Shown here: positions 1 through 12,300 of the stretch, in pieces | How the letters are laid out: every line of letters begins with the position of its first letter | Position numbering within the stretch: position 1 is the stretch's first letter | Assembly: GCF_006345805.1 (NCBI RefSeq) | Contig: NC_043012.1 | Coordinates: 26,412,001-26,476,000 of the forward strand | Length of the DNA: 64,000 nucleotides | Origin: Octopus sinensis | Lineage: Eukaryota | Reading direction: 5' to 3' | Made by a program: the position numbers and the translations under genes | The notes under the pieces: generated by a model | What the model saw: the letters and a program-made list of their open reading frames with translations, nothing else | Databases searched by the model: none | Told to the model about the DNA's origin: nothing

Positions 1-101
1 TAAGTACTAGGCTTACAAAGAATAAGTCCTGGGGGGGTCGATTTGCTCGACTAAAGGCGGTGCTCCAGCATGGCCACTGAAGCAAGTAAAAGAGTAAAAG
101 A
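1..101 (+). mobile_element. 3' end of SINE family 1 (composite tRNA-SINE)
   Basis: AAGTACTAGGCTTACAAAGAATAAGTCCTGGGG..TCGATTTGCTCGACTAAAGGCGGTGCTCCAGCATGGCC..GAAGCAAGTAAAAGAG matches the reverse complement of the copies at 17106-17290, 34335-34510 and 62630-62800. Confidence 0.85.
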
Positions 102-113
102 GAATACCTTAGA

Positions 114-292
114 TAGGCGCTGGCGTGGCCGCGTGGTAGGAAGATTGCAGCGCCCCAATCACATGGTTCTAGGTTCAACTCCATGCGAATCACGTTGGGC
201 GAGTGTCTTATATATAGCCTTGGGCCGACCAATGTCAGTTTTGTGAGTGGATTTGGTAGACGGAAACTAGACGACCGTCGTATATACGCACA
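114..292 (+). mobile_element. SINE family 1 head (tRNA-derived)
   Basis: TAGGCGC start, A-box-like TGGCCGCGTGG, B-box GGTTCAACTCC at 172-182, then the conserved TTGTGAGTGGATTTGGTAGACGGAAACT block shared with other copies. Confidence 0.85.
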
Positions 293-1114
293 CACAAGAT
301 TATATATATGTGTGTGTATCCCATTTCATGAATTCCTTTTTATATACATATGGTGGTGTACTTACACTTTGGTCTCATATATATAAGTATATAGTATATA
401 TATATATATATATATAAATTTTGTACGACTCTGTTATTCTTTCATTCTTTCTTTCTATCAGCCCCTTCACAATTACTTCGTTCTTTCCACTCTTCTTTCT
501 TTCGTTCCCCCTCTCACATTTCCTGGCTTTCTCTTCCTTCTCCCCTCCCCTCCTCTTTCATTTCACTCTCTCCCTTTCTTTTTCTCGTCCCTCCCTAATT
601 CTTCTATCCCTCTGCCTCTGTCTCTCTCTTCTCTCTCCACATGACCAATGTTCGGCCAAGCCTGACCTTTCTTTCTTGGTTCGACTACCATCAGTTCAAC
701 ATCGTGTCATCCCATATGTCCTTGCCGTAAGGTTTCACTTTCATATATGTCAGCTTAATTTAATTCGTCCTTAGTCGAAAGACACCTGTTGTTATGTCCT
801 GTTATTTGTGTTTGCATTTGTGAACCATTTCTCCGTTTTTTCATTCTTGTTTTCGTATACATTCATTGCTTTCTTCCAAGGAATCTAATGCTCTTAGCTT
901 AGTTGGGGCTGGCCAGATTGGAGCAACCTCTAGTATAACCAGCTGAAATTGCAAAGATAATCTGGGACTCGACTGAGGAAAGAAAACTTCGAATGACCCA
1001 TCCGTGTTTTTCTTTGTCCCTCTTTTGTATCATCTTCCTGGTTGTTTTGTTGTCCCTTTTTTGTATTCCTTTTTATATACATATGGCGGCGTACGTACAC
1101 TTTGGTCTCTTATA

Positions 1115-1147
<33 letters not shown>

Positions 1148-1227
1148 TGTATTTCAGGACGGTCACACGCACTATATATTCGTTCATCACTCGCTTATTA
1201 CTGTCTTTATTTTAACTGATGCCTGTT

Positions 1228-1272
1228 GTTTGGAAATCTTTCGTCACACACCTGTGACTTCTTCAGCGACGC
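1228..1272 (-). ncRNA. Minimal hammerhead ribozyme-like motif
   Basis: Minus strand reads CTGAAGA-A-GTCAC-aggtgt-GTGAC-GAAA-GATTTC: canonical core, perfect 5-bp helix II, GAAA. Helix I is degenerate. Confidence 0.6.
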
Positions 1273-1359
1273 TTTCCGTCCTCGTGTGTGCTCCTACTTC
1301 GCTTAGTCCATTCTGTTCTGCTATGATGAAACGCATGGGCGTATAAGGATACACATCCT

Positions 1360-1360
<1 letters not shown>

Positions 1361-1393
<33 letters not shown>

Positions 1394-1444
1394 TGTGTGT
1401 GTGTGTGTGTGTGTACGTGTGTGTGTGTGTGTACGTATGTGTGT

Positions 1445-1484
<40 letters not shown>

Positions 1485-1577
1485 AAACATGTAATAAGGT
1501 CGATTTGTTCGACGAAAACACTTCAAGGCGATGCCCCAGCATGGTCGCAGCCAATGACTGAAACAAATAAAAGATAC
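1361..1577 (+). mobile_element. (TG)n plus 3' end of SINE family 1
   Basis: GGTCGATTTGTTCGAC..CAGCATGGTCGCAGCCAATGACTGAAACAAATAAAAGA follows a TG tract. Confidence 0.75.
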
Positions 1578-1871
1578 AAGAAAAGATTAAAAAAATACCA
1601 TATCAGGTGACAAAAGAAAAACCGCATATGAGATGCACCCTAATTTCCCCAGCGCTTATTCAGGTAAAACGTTTTTTCTGTATTAAGCCATATCAGACGC
1701 TCACCTTTGCATATAAAACCCAAAGTGATTTTTTTGAGTAAAGGTTTTTTTTTTATATGCCACCAAATAGGATAATCACTTTAGAAAACCCCATGACAAA
1801 TTACTGTACAGTTCTAATTATCATCCGACTGTTTGAGAATACTTGTAGATGTTCATGTACGAAAAAGATAA

Positions 1872-2630
1872 TGTATGTATGTATGTATGTATGTATGTAT
1901 GTATTATGTATGTATGTATGTATGTAGTATGTATGTATGTATGTATGTATGTATGTCTGCATGCATGCATGTATGTATGTATGTAGTATGTATGTATGAT
2001 GTATGCATGTATGTATGTATGTATGTAGTATGTATGTATGTATGTATGCATGCATGTATGTATGTAATGTATGTATGTATGTATGTTATGTATGTTATGT
2101 ATGCATGCATGTATGTATGTATGTATGTATGTATGCATGTATGTTATGTATGGTATGATGATGTATGTATTATGTATGTATGTAGCATGCATGCATATGT
2201 AAATGTATGTATGTATGTATGTATGTATGCATGCTGATGTATGTATGTATGTAGTATGTATGTATGTATGTATGTATGTATGCAATGCATGCATGTATGA
2301 TGTATGTAGTATGCATGTATGTATGTATTTAATGTATGTATGTATTATGTATGCATTCTGCATGTGTATGTATGTATGTATGTATGTATGTATGTATGCA
2401 TGTATGTATGTATGTATGTATGTATGTATGTATGCATGTATGTATGTATGTATGTATGTATGTTGTATGCATGCATGATGTATGTAATGTATGTATGTAT
2501 GTATGTATGTATGCATGTAGTATGTATGTATGTATTTGTATGTATGTTGTATGTATGTATGCATGCATGTATGTATGTATGTATGTATGTATGTATGTAT
2601 GCATGCATGTATGTATGTATATATATATAC
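1872..2630. repeat. (ATGT)n microsatellite, imperfect
   Basis: About 750 bp of TATG units; source of the MYVC/HTYI ORFs. Confidence 0.98.
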
Positions 2631-2651
2631 ATTCTTTTTTCTTTATTATTA

Positions 2652-2852
2652 TTCGTTTCAGTCATTTGACTGCGGCCATAGTGGAGCACCACCTTTAGTC
2701 GAACAAATGGACCCCAGGACTTATTTTTTGTAAGCCTAGTACTTATTCTATCGGTCTCTTGTTGCCAAACCGCTAAGTTACGCGGACGTAAGTACACTAA
2801 CATCGGTTCTCAAGCAATGGGGGGGGGGACAAACACACATACACAAACGCAC

Positions 2853-2918
<66 letters not shown>

Positions 2919-2925
2919 CGACGGA
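2652..2925 (-). mobile_element. SINE family 1, 3' half with internal (CA)n
   Basis: TTTCAGTCATTTGACTGCGGCC..GAGCACC..GACCCCAGGACTTATT..CCGCTAAGTTAC..GACAAACAC, then (CA)n and ACGACGG. Confidence 0.85.
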
Positions 2926-3939
2926 CATAATGCTTGATTGGGATGGGTTTCTGGCTGAATTCTGCACCAAAGATCAAAGAGACAAAACAAGTGTGTTGGT
3001 GTTCTAGAGAGGGAATGAGCTTCCGGAACTGGGTCCCAGCGTCAACAAACGAGAACTATTTTCAATATGGGAAGACTAGTGGGTCACTATCCAATCACAG
3101 GGTGGCTTCGAACAACAAACAGCTACATCAAGCACACGGGGAAATTTCAACATTTTATAAAGGGCCATATTTCTATATTGGTGGATGTGTTTATCGATAT
3201 TCGTAAATATTGTTTCTTCGTGTTAAAAGTTTCGATTATGTCACCGACGCCGTTCCATAGCTATCGGACTGAAAACGTGGCTCTCGAAATGATATCGAGA
3301 CAACAAAATCTTGTATAAGATTACCGTTCTTATATGTATTCTCCTTTGCTACCATATGCAGACGATCGCTTCGAAATCTATTCATTATCAGAAATATTGT
3401 ATATTTGAAGAGCTGTTTAAAGTTAAAAGAATTACAAATATTTAAAATACTTTTATTTTTCAGCATTACTCTTTTCATTATCGTATTGTTGTAGCTAAAT
3501 ACTGTATTTAATGTTAGAAGAGAATAAAAAATTATCTTTATTTCTGTTGGGATATAAAACACGTAATATTATAAATGTTTCCATAATGAAAGTCTATTTA
3601 TGAGTTTTGTATAGAATAAAGTTAAGTGAGGAAGAAAATGAAGTATTGAGAGTTTAGTTTAGCTAGGAGATTAAAGCCTTGTTCTTATCTTTACAGTCAG
3701 TCATTGAATGGTGAGATTATCCAAGTGTTGCTTGTGTTGGTGAGAGAAAAAGAAAAAGAAAACATGGCGGTCGAGGGAAGAAAAGAATATGAAAAGAGGA
3801 GAGATGAGACAGTGATGAAGAAACAGAGTGAGTGAGAGAGACAGAGAGAAAAAGGGACGGGGAGAAATATATGCATTGCTGATAAGAGCATTGGTACGGA
3901 ATCGTAGACCCTTCAGGCGCAATAACTACTCGATAATGT

Positions 3940-4080
3940 ATATGTATATATAGTTGAAACTTACAGAAAACAAAAGACAAAGACAGGTGAAGGAACGACC
4001 AGCAGGTGTATTAGTTTGACGCTCGGGAAGAATGGAAAAGTCTTTGACGCTTCGAGCGTACGCTCTTCGACAGAAGGTAT
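3940..4080 (-). mobile_element. Penelope-like pseudo-LTR tail with degenerate hammerhead motif (4040-4078)
   Basis: Minus strand CTT-CTGTCGA-A-GAGC-gtac-GCTC-GAAG-CGTC-AAAG followed by a T-rich tail homologous to 40278-40400. Confidence 0.6.
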
Positions 4081-4609
4081 TGTGAGTGAAGAAATGGGGA
4101 GAGAGAAAAAGAAACAAACAAACAAACAAAAAAAAAAACTGAGAGAAAAAAATGTGTACGAATTAACGGTTAAACATGATGAAAAGAGGCTAAGTGAAAG
4201 GGAGATAACAACGGTGACCCGACTGAACTAGGGTGCGCAGGTGCGTGTGTGTATGTAAGAATGGTGTGTGTGTGAATAGGGGTGAGTGCGTGTAAATGTA
4301 TGTGTGGGCGAGCTTAAAATTATGTGGGCTTGTGTGGTGTGCGTATGAGAGCGTGTGTGTGTATTGTGTACGTGAATTGTGTGAAGTAATGTGCATTTCA
4401 TGTGTATGTGTGTGTGTGTGTGTGTGCGTGCGTATAGAAATGTTATATGTATATGAGGCTGTGTATAGCATGTGCGTGTGGGGAGGGCGTGTATGTGAGG
4501 GGAGGGGCATTTAAAGGTGGAACGTGTGTGGGAATATGTGTGATGTTGATGTTAGATGACGAAAGGTGGCGGATTAAACCCATGAGGAGCAAAAGAATGA
4601 AGGGAGAAG

Positions 4610-4793
4610 ATTCTTGTTCACAGTGGAGGCGAGGGTCCAGATGACCCTTGTGCAGAGACAGTCCGAACATAGACAGATATCGTAGCGAATGATCGGTGGA
4701 GCGGAAGTGTCGTTGTCGAATCTGAGGTTTTGGAGGTGCTCAGTGAACCGGTCGGCCAAGCGGAGTCCCGTTTGACCAATGTAAAAGGAAGGA

Positions 4794-4795
<2 letters not shown>
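4610..4795 (-). pseudogene. Penelope-like GIY-YIG endonuclease fragment
   Basis: Translation CPSFYIGQTGLRLADRFTEHLQNLRFDND fits the YIGxTxRxLxxRFxEH motif of Penelope-like GIY-YIG domains. Confidence 0.75.
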
Positions 4796-4841
<46 letters not shown>

Positions 4842-5052
4842 AGAAAGAGAGAGAGAGAAAGAGAGAGAGAAGGAGATGCAATAAATAACATTACTGGAGG
4901 TGCAGGTAAAAGAGTCGGTGAGATGATAGGGGTGGGGGTGAGAGTAATCGTGCGGCAGACCGGTGTTCCGTCCAGATGGTGAATATATACGCTATGGAAG
5001 CCGAGGAAATCGGCCCTCATGAGTTTATATGACTCGGGAAGGAACTTTACTT

Positions 5053-5269
5053 TCTTCTCTACAATAGGCAGAAGGTCTAAAATTTTTGGTGGTGGGGCTA
5101 GTCGATAACCTCGACCCCAGTGGTCGACTCGTATTTATTTTATCGATCCGGAATGGATGAAAGGTTAAGTCAATCTTGGTGTGCACTCGAACTCAGAACG
5201 TAAGGCTCGAAGAAATGATGCTAAACGTTTTGACGGACGTTGTAACTATTCTACCAGCTCGCTGCCTTA
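5053..5269 (-). mobile_element. SINE family 2 (tRNA-derived), diverged
   Basis: Reverse complement begins TAAGGCAGCGAGCTGGTAGAA and contains TTCTGAGTTCGAG and the CATCC..GATAAAA..TAC..CTGGGGTCGA block. Confidence 0.8.
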
Positions 5270-5769
5270 ACAAGAACCACGACGACGACGGCGATAACTC
5301 TAATAAAATGTAAATCAGTAAATAAACATAATGGTAGAACTAATTGCAATAGGCTGAAAGGAATATGTAGAAATTTTCGACTTGATTGCATTAAAGAAGT
5401 GAGAGGTGTGTAAAGAGGAAAACAGAGAAAGTAATACTACACAGGAAGTGTGTGTAGTTCTTTAACAGTGAAGGAGCAAAAGTAAAAGACAGAAATAAAA
5501 TAAAGTAAAAAGAAAGTTAAAGAAATAAATAGAAAAGAAGAGAAGTGGAAACAATCTCACTGTAGGTAATTTGAACATATTACCTGTAATAAGGAGGGGG
5601 AGATTTGATGTACGATGTAATACAAGACAGAAGTTGATAAATTAAGAAATATATGAAAGGAGAAAGTGAGATGAAGGAAAGAAATAAAAGAGTAAATCAC
5701 GATGAGTGAACAAACAGAAGGAAGAATAAGTAGAGAATGAAAGAGAAAATACGTAAAGGAAGATTGTTA

Positions 5770-5936
5770 AGAGAGAGAGAGAGAGAGAGAGAGTGGGGGA
5801 GGGGGAAGAATAAGTGGAGAAGGAAGAAATACGAAAGTAAAAGAAGAGAGAAAAGAAACATTCTGTGTTGGAAAATGCAGAGCTTGAAATTAATTATACG
5901 AGCGAATAAATCATTGAAATGAGAATATTCTGTGAG

Positions 5937-6003
<67 letters not shown>

Positions 6004-6263
6004 GAAAGAGAGAGAGAGAAAGAGTGAGAGAGAGAAAGAGAAAGAGAGAGAGTGAGAGTGAGAAAGAGAGAGAGAGTGTGAGAGAGAGAGAGAGTGAGAG
6101 TGAGAGAGAGAGAGAAAGAGAGAGAGAGAAAGTGAGAAAGAAGAGAGAGAGAGAAAGAGTGAGAGAGAGAAGAGAAGAGAGAGAGTGAGAGTGAGAAAGA
6201 GAGAGAGTGTGAGAGAGAGATAGAGTGAGAGTGAGAGAGAGAGGAAAGAGAGTAGAGAGAAGT

Positions 6264-6322
<59 letters not shown>

Positions 6323-6448
6323 CAACAGCAGTAGCGTCTTCATTGTATAGTTTACAGGTGAAGAGAAAAGAAGAAAAAGAGAAAGGAAAAAGGAAAAGAT
6401 AAAGGAAAAAAAAAACAATGAAAGAGAAAGTGAGTGAGTGAGAGAGAG

Positions 6449-6487
<39 letters not shown>

Positions 6488-6490
6488 CAG
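5770..6490. repeat. (AG)n / (AGAGTG)n microsatellite
   Basis: Long polypurine tracts; source of the ER/SL ORFs. Confidence 0.95.
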
Positions 6491-6624
6491 AGTAAAAGAG
6501 TAAAAATAAAATGAGATGAAGAGATGTTTTCTAGTTCTGAGAAGTGTTTCCTCTCTAAATCATCTATGCGAGGAAACAAACCAAACTCAAAGATATCGAA
6601 TCTACAAAAAAAACAACCAAACTG

Positions 6625-6880
<256 letters not shown>

Positions 6881-7216
6881 ATTGCATTGCTCCAGTGTAA
6901 TAATTTATGTTAGTCTTAGATATAGCAAATATATTCCTTTCTTTTCTTTTGTAATAGGAGTTTGGTGGCAATACGGTAAGAAGGAAAAGGATGAGGGAGA
7001 TCAGAAAATGTATTTTTGGTGTGTCATGACGTTTAACTCCGTAACTAAGTCATCTTGATTAATTTATCTAGCTGTCAAATTGTTGTCGTGACTCGTTAGC
7101 TTCTTATTCCTGTTGCAACAGCGGTTTCTGCGCTTCTTTCTTCTGAACTCTTGTCATCTTAAAAAACAAAACAACAACAAAAAACACCACCGATGACAGC
7201 AACGACAACAACAGCA

Positions 7217-7640
7217 GTGGAGGCGCAATGGCTCAGTGGTTAGGGCAGCGGACTTGCGGTCGTAAAAACGCGGTTTCGATTCCCAGACCAAGCATTATGA
7301 GTGTTTATTGAGCAAGAACACCTAAGCTCCACGAGGCTCCGGCGGGGGGGGGGGGTTGATCCCCGCTGTACTCTTTCATCACAACTTTCTCTCACTCTTT
7401 CTTCCTACTTCTGCCTCAAAGCAGAGGAACCATGGTGTAATCCACTATGGTGTGGTAAAACTTACAGACCCTTGTCTAGATTGCGAATCCTCTGTACCCC
7501 AGGATGGTTTAGCTCTCCACCCGTTGAAAACCATGAGGATAACAACGTAGCTTTCGCGCCTGTACAACCGCCAGTCTATCGCGTGTGGTGGGTGGATCTT
7601 CAAGTTGCCACACGTATTCTAAGTAGCATAGAGTAAACTC
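7217..7640 (+). mobile_element. tRNA-derived SINE family 3
   Basis: GTGGAGGCGC start, A-box TGGCTCAGTGG 7229-7239, B-box GGTTTCGATTCC 7272-7283; 3' boundary approximate. Confidence 0.7.
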
Positions 7641-8326
7641 GAATTAGAGATTATTCTTTGTGGCTAATGGTGTGAGTCCTGACTGGAAGAAGAAAGAAGT
7701 AGACAACAACAGCATGCCAGGAAAAATAGTGAAATTTCCCTCAGATTAATATTCACTGTGTTAAACAAGGAAAATTACATTGGATAATGTAGTCCTTGAC
7801 ACTCCTCAAATGGGAGAGTCATTGTTGGATTTATTTTGATATGTTTGCTTAATAAAAGTTGAACTGAAGTCACACGACAGCAACAATGAGAATAACAACA
7901 GCAAAACCAACCCCAAACAAAGCCGACATCAACAACACAAGCTAATGATGTGAAAATGGATAAGTACGGTCACTCGACATGCTAGACATAGCAACTAAAT
8001 CCTGAGATTATAAGAAAGATGATACATCATACAATAATATTGTATTTTGTATGTTGTGTGCGAAGGAAAAAGATGGGATTTTCACAGCTGGAACGCCGTT
8101 TTTGATCATAGAGTTTATCTATCACAGCTGGAAAGCCGTTTTTGTTCATAGAATTTATCGATTAGGACTGAAATTAAAGAAGAAGGAAGAGAAGGAGGAG
8201 GAGCAGGGGAATGATGATAATAGTAATGATAATAAGAATGAGAAGAATATAAAAGGAGAAAAAGAAGGATAATGATAAGAATACGGAGAAAATGAGGATA
8301 ACAACAACAACAACAATAATAATAAT

Positions 8327-8541
8327 CATTTCTACTGGAAGCACAAAATCTCAGATTTGGGAGAAGGGATTAAGTCAATTATATAAACCCCAGTGCGTAA
8401 CTGGTACTTATTTAATCGACCCCGAAAGGATGAAAGACAAAGTCGACCTCGGCGAAATTTGAACTCAGAACGTAACGGCAGACGAAATACGGCTACGCAT
8501 TTCGCCCGGCGTACTAAAATTTCTGCCAGCTCACTGCCTTA
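8327..8541 (-). mobile_element. SINE family 2
   Basis: Matches family consensus; flanked on both sides by (AAT)n. Confidence 0.9.
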
Positions 8542-8542
8542 C

Positions 8543-8593
<51 letters not shown>

Positions 8594-8596
<3 letters not shown>

Positions 8597-11500
8597 CCCA
8601 AAAGACATAAATGGACACGTGAGGAATACATTTCTATCTTACACGCATACTTCACAGCAGTGCTCTACCCAAAAAATGAAAACACAACAACACATACATA
8701 TAAAATATGGAAGGAAAATAACATAAATATAGACTTGGATACAGCAATGAACCCTAATAAATTAGCTAACGTACGAAGATACATTCTCAACGCAAAAAAA
8801 TATCAGATATAGAAATAGAACATCTAAAAGAAAAAATACACCAGGAAAATGTAGATAGAAGCCACACAACAATGCCCAATAATATAAACACTGAAGCAGT
8901 AAAACACGAAGACAAACGTAACATTCCCAACAAACACGATGTAAACAAAAAAACAACAAACCCAGACCGTAAGGATGCATAATAATACACGACAAACAGC
9001 AAGCCAAAACACGGCAAACAAACATATAAATAAGAAAGAAAGCGACACAAAGCTAAAACCTGGAAACAACGAAGGGGAGCCTAATGATTATGATAATATA
9101 AAAAGTAAAATAATCAAAGAACTGAAAACCACAGAGCTCAAAATGGACCACCGACCATACCTCCCAAGAATCAAAATAGACGAAAAACAACACCAATTAT
9201 AAACAGCATAAACCTAGCCGTCACGGAACTAATAGCCACTGAAACAAAAAGCGATATCACTGAGCTAAATGACTTAGTATACGCAGCAGCCACTGCAGCC
9301 ACAAAAGAAGCTGGATACTCACTCAAACCCATCCAAACAGGAGTACCAACACCTAAACAAACCCTGTGGATAAATACCATCCAAAACAAAATACAAAAAA
9401 TGAGAAAAGATCTGTCGATTCTTAATGAAATCAGTAGACAATCAACGCTACTAAGCAACAATAAGAAAACAAAAATACTCCGCAAATATAACATCACAGA
9501 AAAAGATTTACCTGAGATAAAAGAAAAGCTGAAGCAAGGTTTCCTTGCCAAAGCACAAAGGATCCGCCGGTACGAGAAACGCCAGCGCTTCTTTGAACAA
9601 AACAAAAAGTTCAACTCCAACCCCAAAAAGTTCTACCAAGAACTTGGCAAAAATAAAATAGAAATCACTGCAGCACCAACGGCAGAAGAAGTGGAAGAAT
9701 TCTGGAGAGAAATATGGTCGGCGAAAGAACAACCAAATAAAAGGAGTATCAAAACAACAAACTCAGCATCTGAGCAACTTTGGACCCCCATAACAACTGA
9801 AGAGGTCACCCAGGCACTGCAAAGACTAAGCAACTGGAAGGCACCTGGGCACGACAAGATCCCCAACTTCTGGTTGAAATATCTAACAGGAATGCACAAA
9901 AAGCTGGCTGAAAACTTTAACAACATACTAGCAGAGCCAGAGACAATGCCTGAATGGCTCACGAAGGGGAAAACCATCTTAATTCCCAAATCAAATGAGA
10001 CAGCAAAACCAGAAAACTACAGACCAATAACCTGTCTCCCTACAATGTACAAGGCATTTACTGCAGTGATATTGCAAAGGTTGAACAAGCACCTGGACGA
10101 AAACAACCTGTTCCCAGAAGAGCAGAAAGGATGCCGCAAAGGCTCATATGGCTGTAAAGATCAACTAATGATTAATAAAGCCATAACTGAAGACAGCCAC
10201 AGAAAGAAGAAAGGCCTCAGTATTGCCTGAATCGACTACAAAAAGGCGTTTGATAGCATCCCCCACACATGGATCCTCGAAACACTAGCCATTAACAAAG
10301 TAGCACCAACAATCATAAAATTCATAGGGCACTCTATGAATAAATGGCAAACAGTGCTACAGCTCCAAACAAAAGAGGGACTCTTGAAAACCAAAGACAT
10401 CCCCATTTGAAGAGGAATATTCCAAGGAGACACGCTCTCTCCACTCCTTTTCTGCTTGGCACTGTCACCTCTATCTGATATGCTAAATAGAACTGGATGC
10501 GGATATAAATGTTACGGCAAAACGATCAGCCACCTTTTATATATGGATGACCTAAAACTATACGCTGCAAATGACAAACAGTGGAAACACTATTAAAGAC
10601 AGTTCATGGATTTACCAAAGAAATAGATATGAAATTTGGATTAGAAAAATGCGCCAAAGTAACCATGAAAAGAGGAAAACTAGTTAAGAGTAGCAACATC
10701 ACACTAGATAAAACCAATGAAATAAAAGAATTAGACCAAAGCCAAACTTACAAATACTTAGGAATCCATGAACTAGATAAGATACAACACACACAAATGA
10801 AAGAGAAAATAAAAAAGAATATTATAGACGAGTTAGATCAATACTAAAAACAGAGCTCAATGCTAAAAACAAGATAATTGGTATTAATACTTTAGCTGTC
10901 CCAGTTATAAGTTACAGCTACAATATCCTTAATTGGACACTAAATGAACTGACCAAAATAGATAGGAAAACAAGAAAAATAATGACAGGATCTAGGATGC
11001 ATCACCCAAAATCTGACATAGAAAGACTATATACACAACGTATTGAAGGTGGTAGAGGCCTTATACAACTGGAAAACTACTATAAAATAACTACCATAGG
11101 ACTGCAAAAATATCTACTTCAGAAGGAAGGAAAACTGATACAAATAGCGGCAAAACACGAGCAAAACAAAAACTGTTCTCAGTATTTAAGGAAGCTGACA
11201 AATACAAACAAGAAATCATACCACCTAATAAATATGAAGAAGAAGAAGAAGATGAAGAAACAACAAAAGCTATAAAACAAATGAAATCCAAACTAAAAAT
11301 AGAACAGCAACGAACCATGATAAAACGATGGCAAGAAAAGCCCTTTCATGGTAAATACTGGGCTAAACTAAACGCAAAAGAAATAGACAAAGAAAAATCA
11401 CAGCAATGGTTGAGAAGCTCAGGACTCAAAGCAGAGACAGAGGGATTTTTAATTGTAGCACAAGACCAAAGCCTCCCCACAAGAAATTACCAAAAACATG

Positions 11501-12180
11501 TAATGAAAATAAATATAACAAGTAACTGCAGAATATGTGGAGATGGACAAGAAACAATAAATCATATTATCTCTAGCTGCCCAGTCCTGGCTAAGAAGGA
11601 ATATATTCACAGACATGACGGAGTTGGAACCTACATACATTGGAAACTATGCCAACATTATGGAATAACAACAGAAAAAAGATGGTATAGGCACACACCA
11701 GAAAAGGTCACGGAAAACGAGAAAGCAACCATACTCTGGGATATGCCGATACACACAGATAGAGAAATTAAGACCAACAGACCAGAGATCATGAAGAAAA
11801 AAAATGCTTTCTAATTGATGTATCAATACCGGCAGATGACAACGTGTCTCTAAAAGAAATGGAGAAACTCTCAAAATACAAAGATCTGGAAATAGAGGTA
11901 ACCAGAATGTGGAATCTAAAAACAGAAACAATTCCTATCATAGTAGGTGCATTAGGCATGATAAAAAAATATTCAAACAAATACATAACAAAAACACCAG
12001 GACTTACAAACACATATAACATAGAGAAAATTGCACTACTAGGCACTGCACACATCCTACGCAGAACACCTTCCATACAATAACCATCAGAGCATCACAA
12101 CAAATCACAGCACATACCTAAGGCACACAGAGCTGCGCTCGGTAGTGAAGTGAAAGCACGCTATAAAAATAAAACTACTG
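8594..12180 (+). mobile_element. R4/Dong-type non-LTR retrotransposon, near full length, disabled
   Basis: N-terminal KWTREEY motif; RT motifs NWKAPGHDKIPNFWLK, NYRPITCLPTMYK, EQKGCR, IA*IDYKKAFDSIPH, *RGIFQGDTLSPLLF, YMDD (10540-10551), FGLEKCAK, YKYLG; CCHC CRICGDGQETINHIISSC..HRHD; RLE ILWD..NRPE..IDVSIP..EKLSKYKDL. Several frameshifts and two TGA stops; ORF ends 12083; (AAT)n on both sides. Confidence 0.95.
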
Positions 12181-12210
12181 AATAATAATAATAATAATAA
12201 TATAATAATA

Positions 12211-12249
<39 letters not shown>

Positions 12250-12300
12250 TAATAATAATAATAATAATAATTATTATTATTATAACAATATTAATAATAA

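Noticed and set aside
972-1000. CTGAGGA..AAG-aaaa-CTT-C-GAAT hammerhead-like string
   Set aside because: Helix II register is off, GAAA is broken and there is no helix I or III; too degenerate
1801-2803. Long ORFs such as [16 protein letters not shown] (also the poly-I/N/Y, SL/ER and YLSI ORFs throughout)
   Set aside because: They are translations of ATGT, AAT, AG, TA and TATC microsatellites, not genes
7217-7290. tRNA gene
   Set aside because: A and B boxes are present, but there is no complete cloverleaf and it continues into a SINE body
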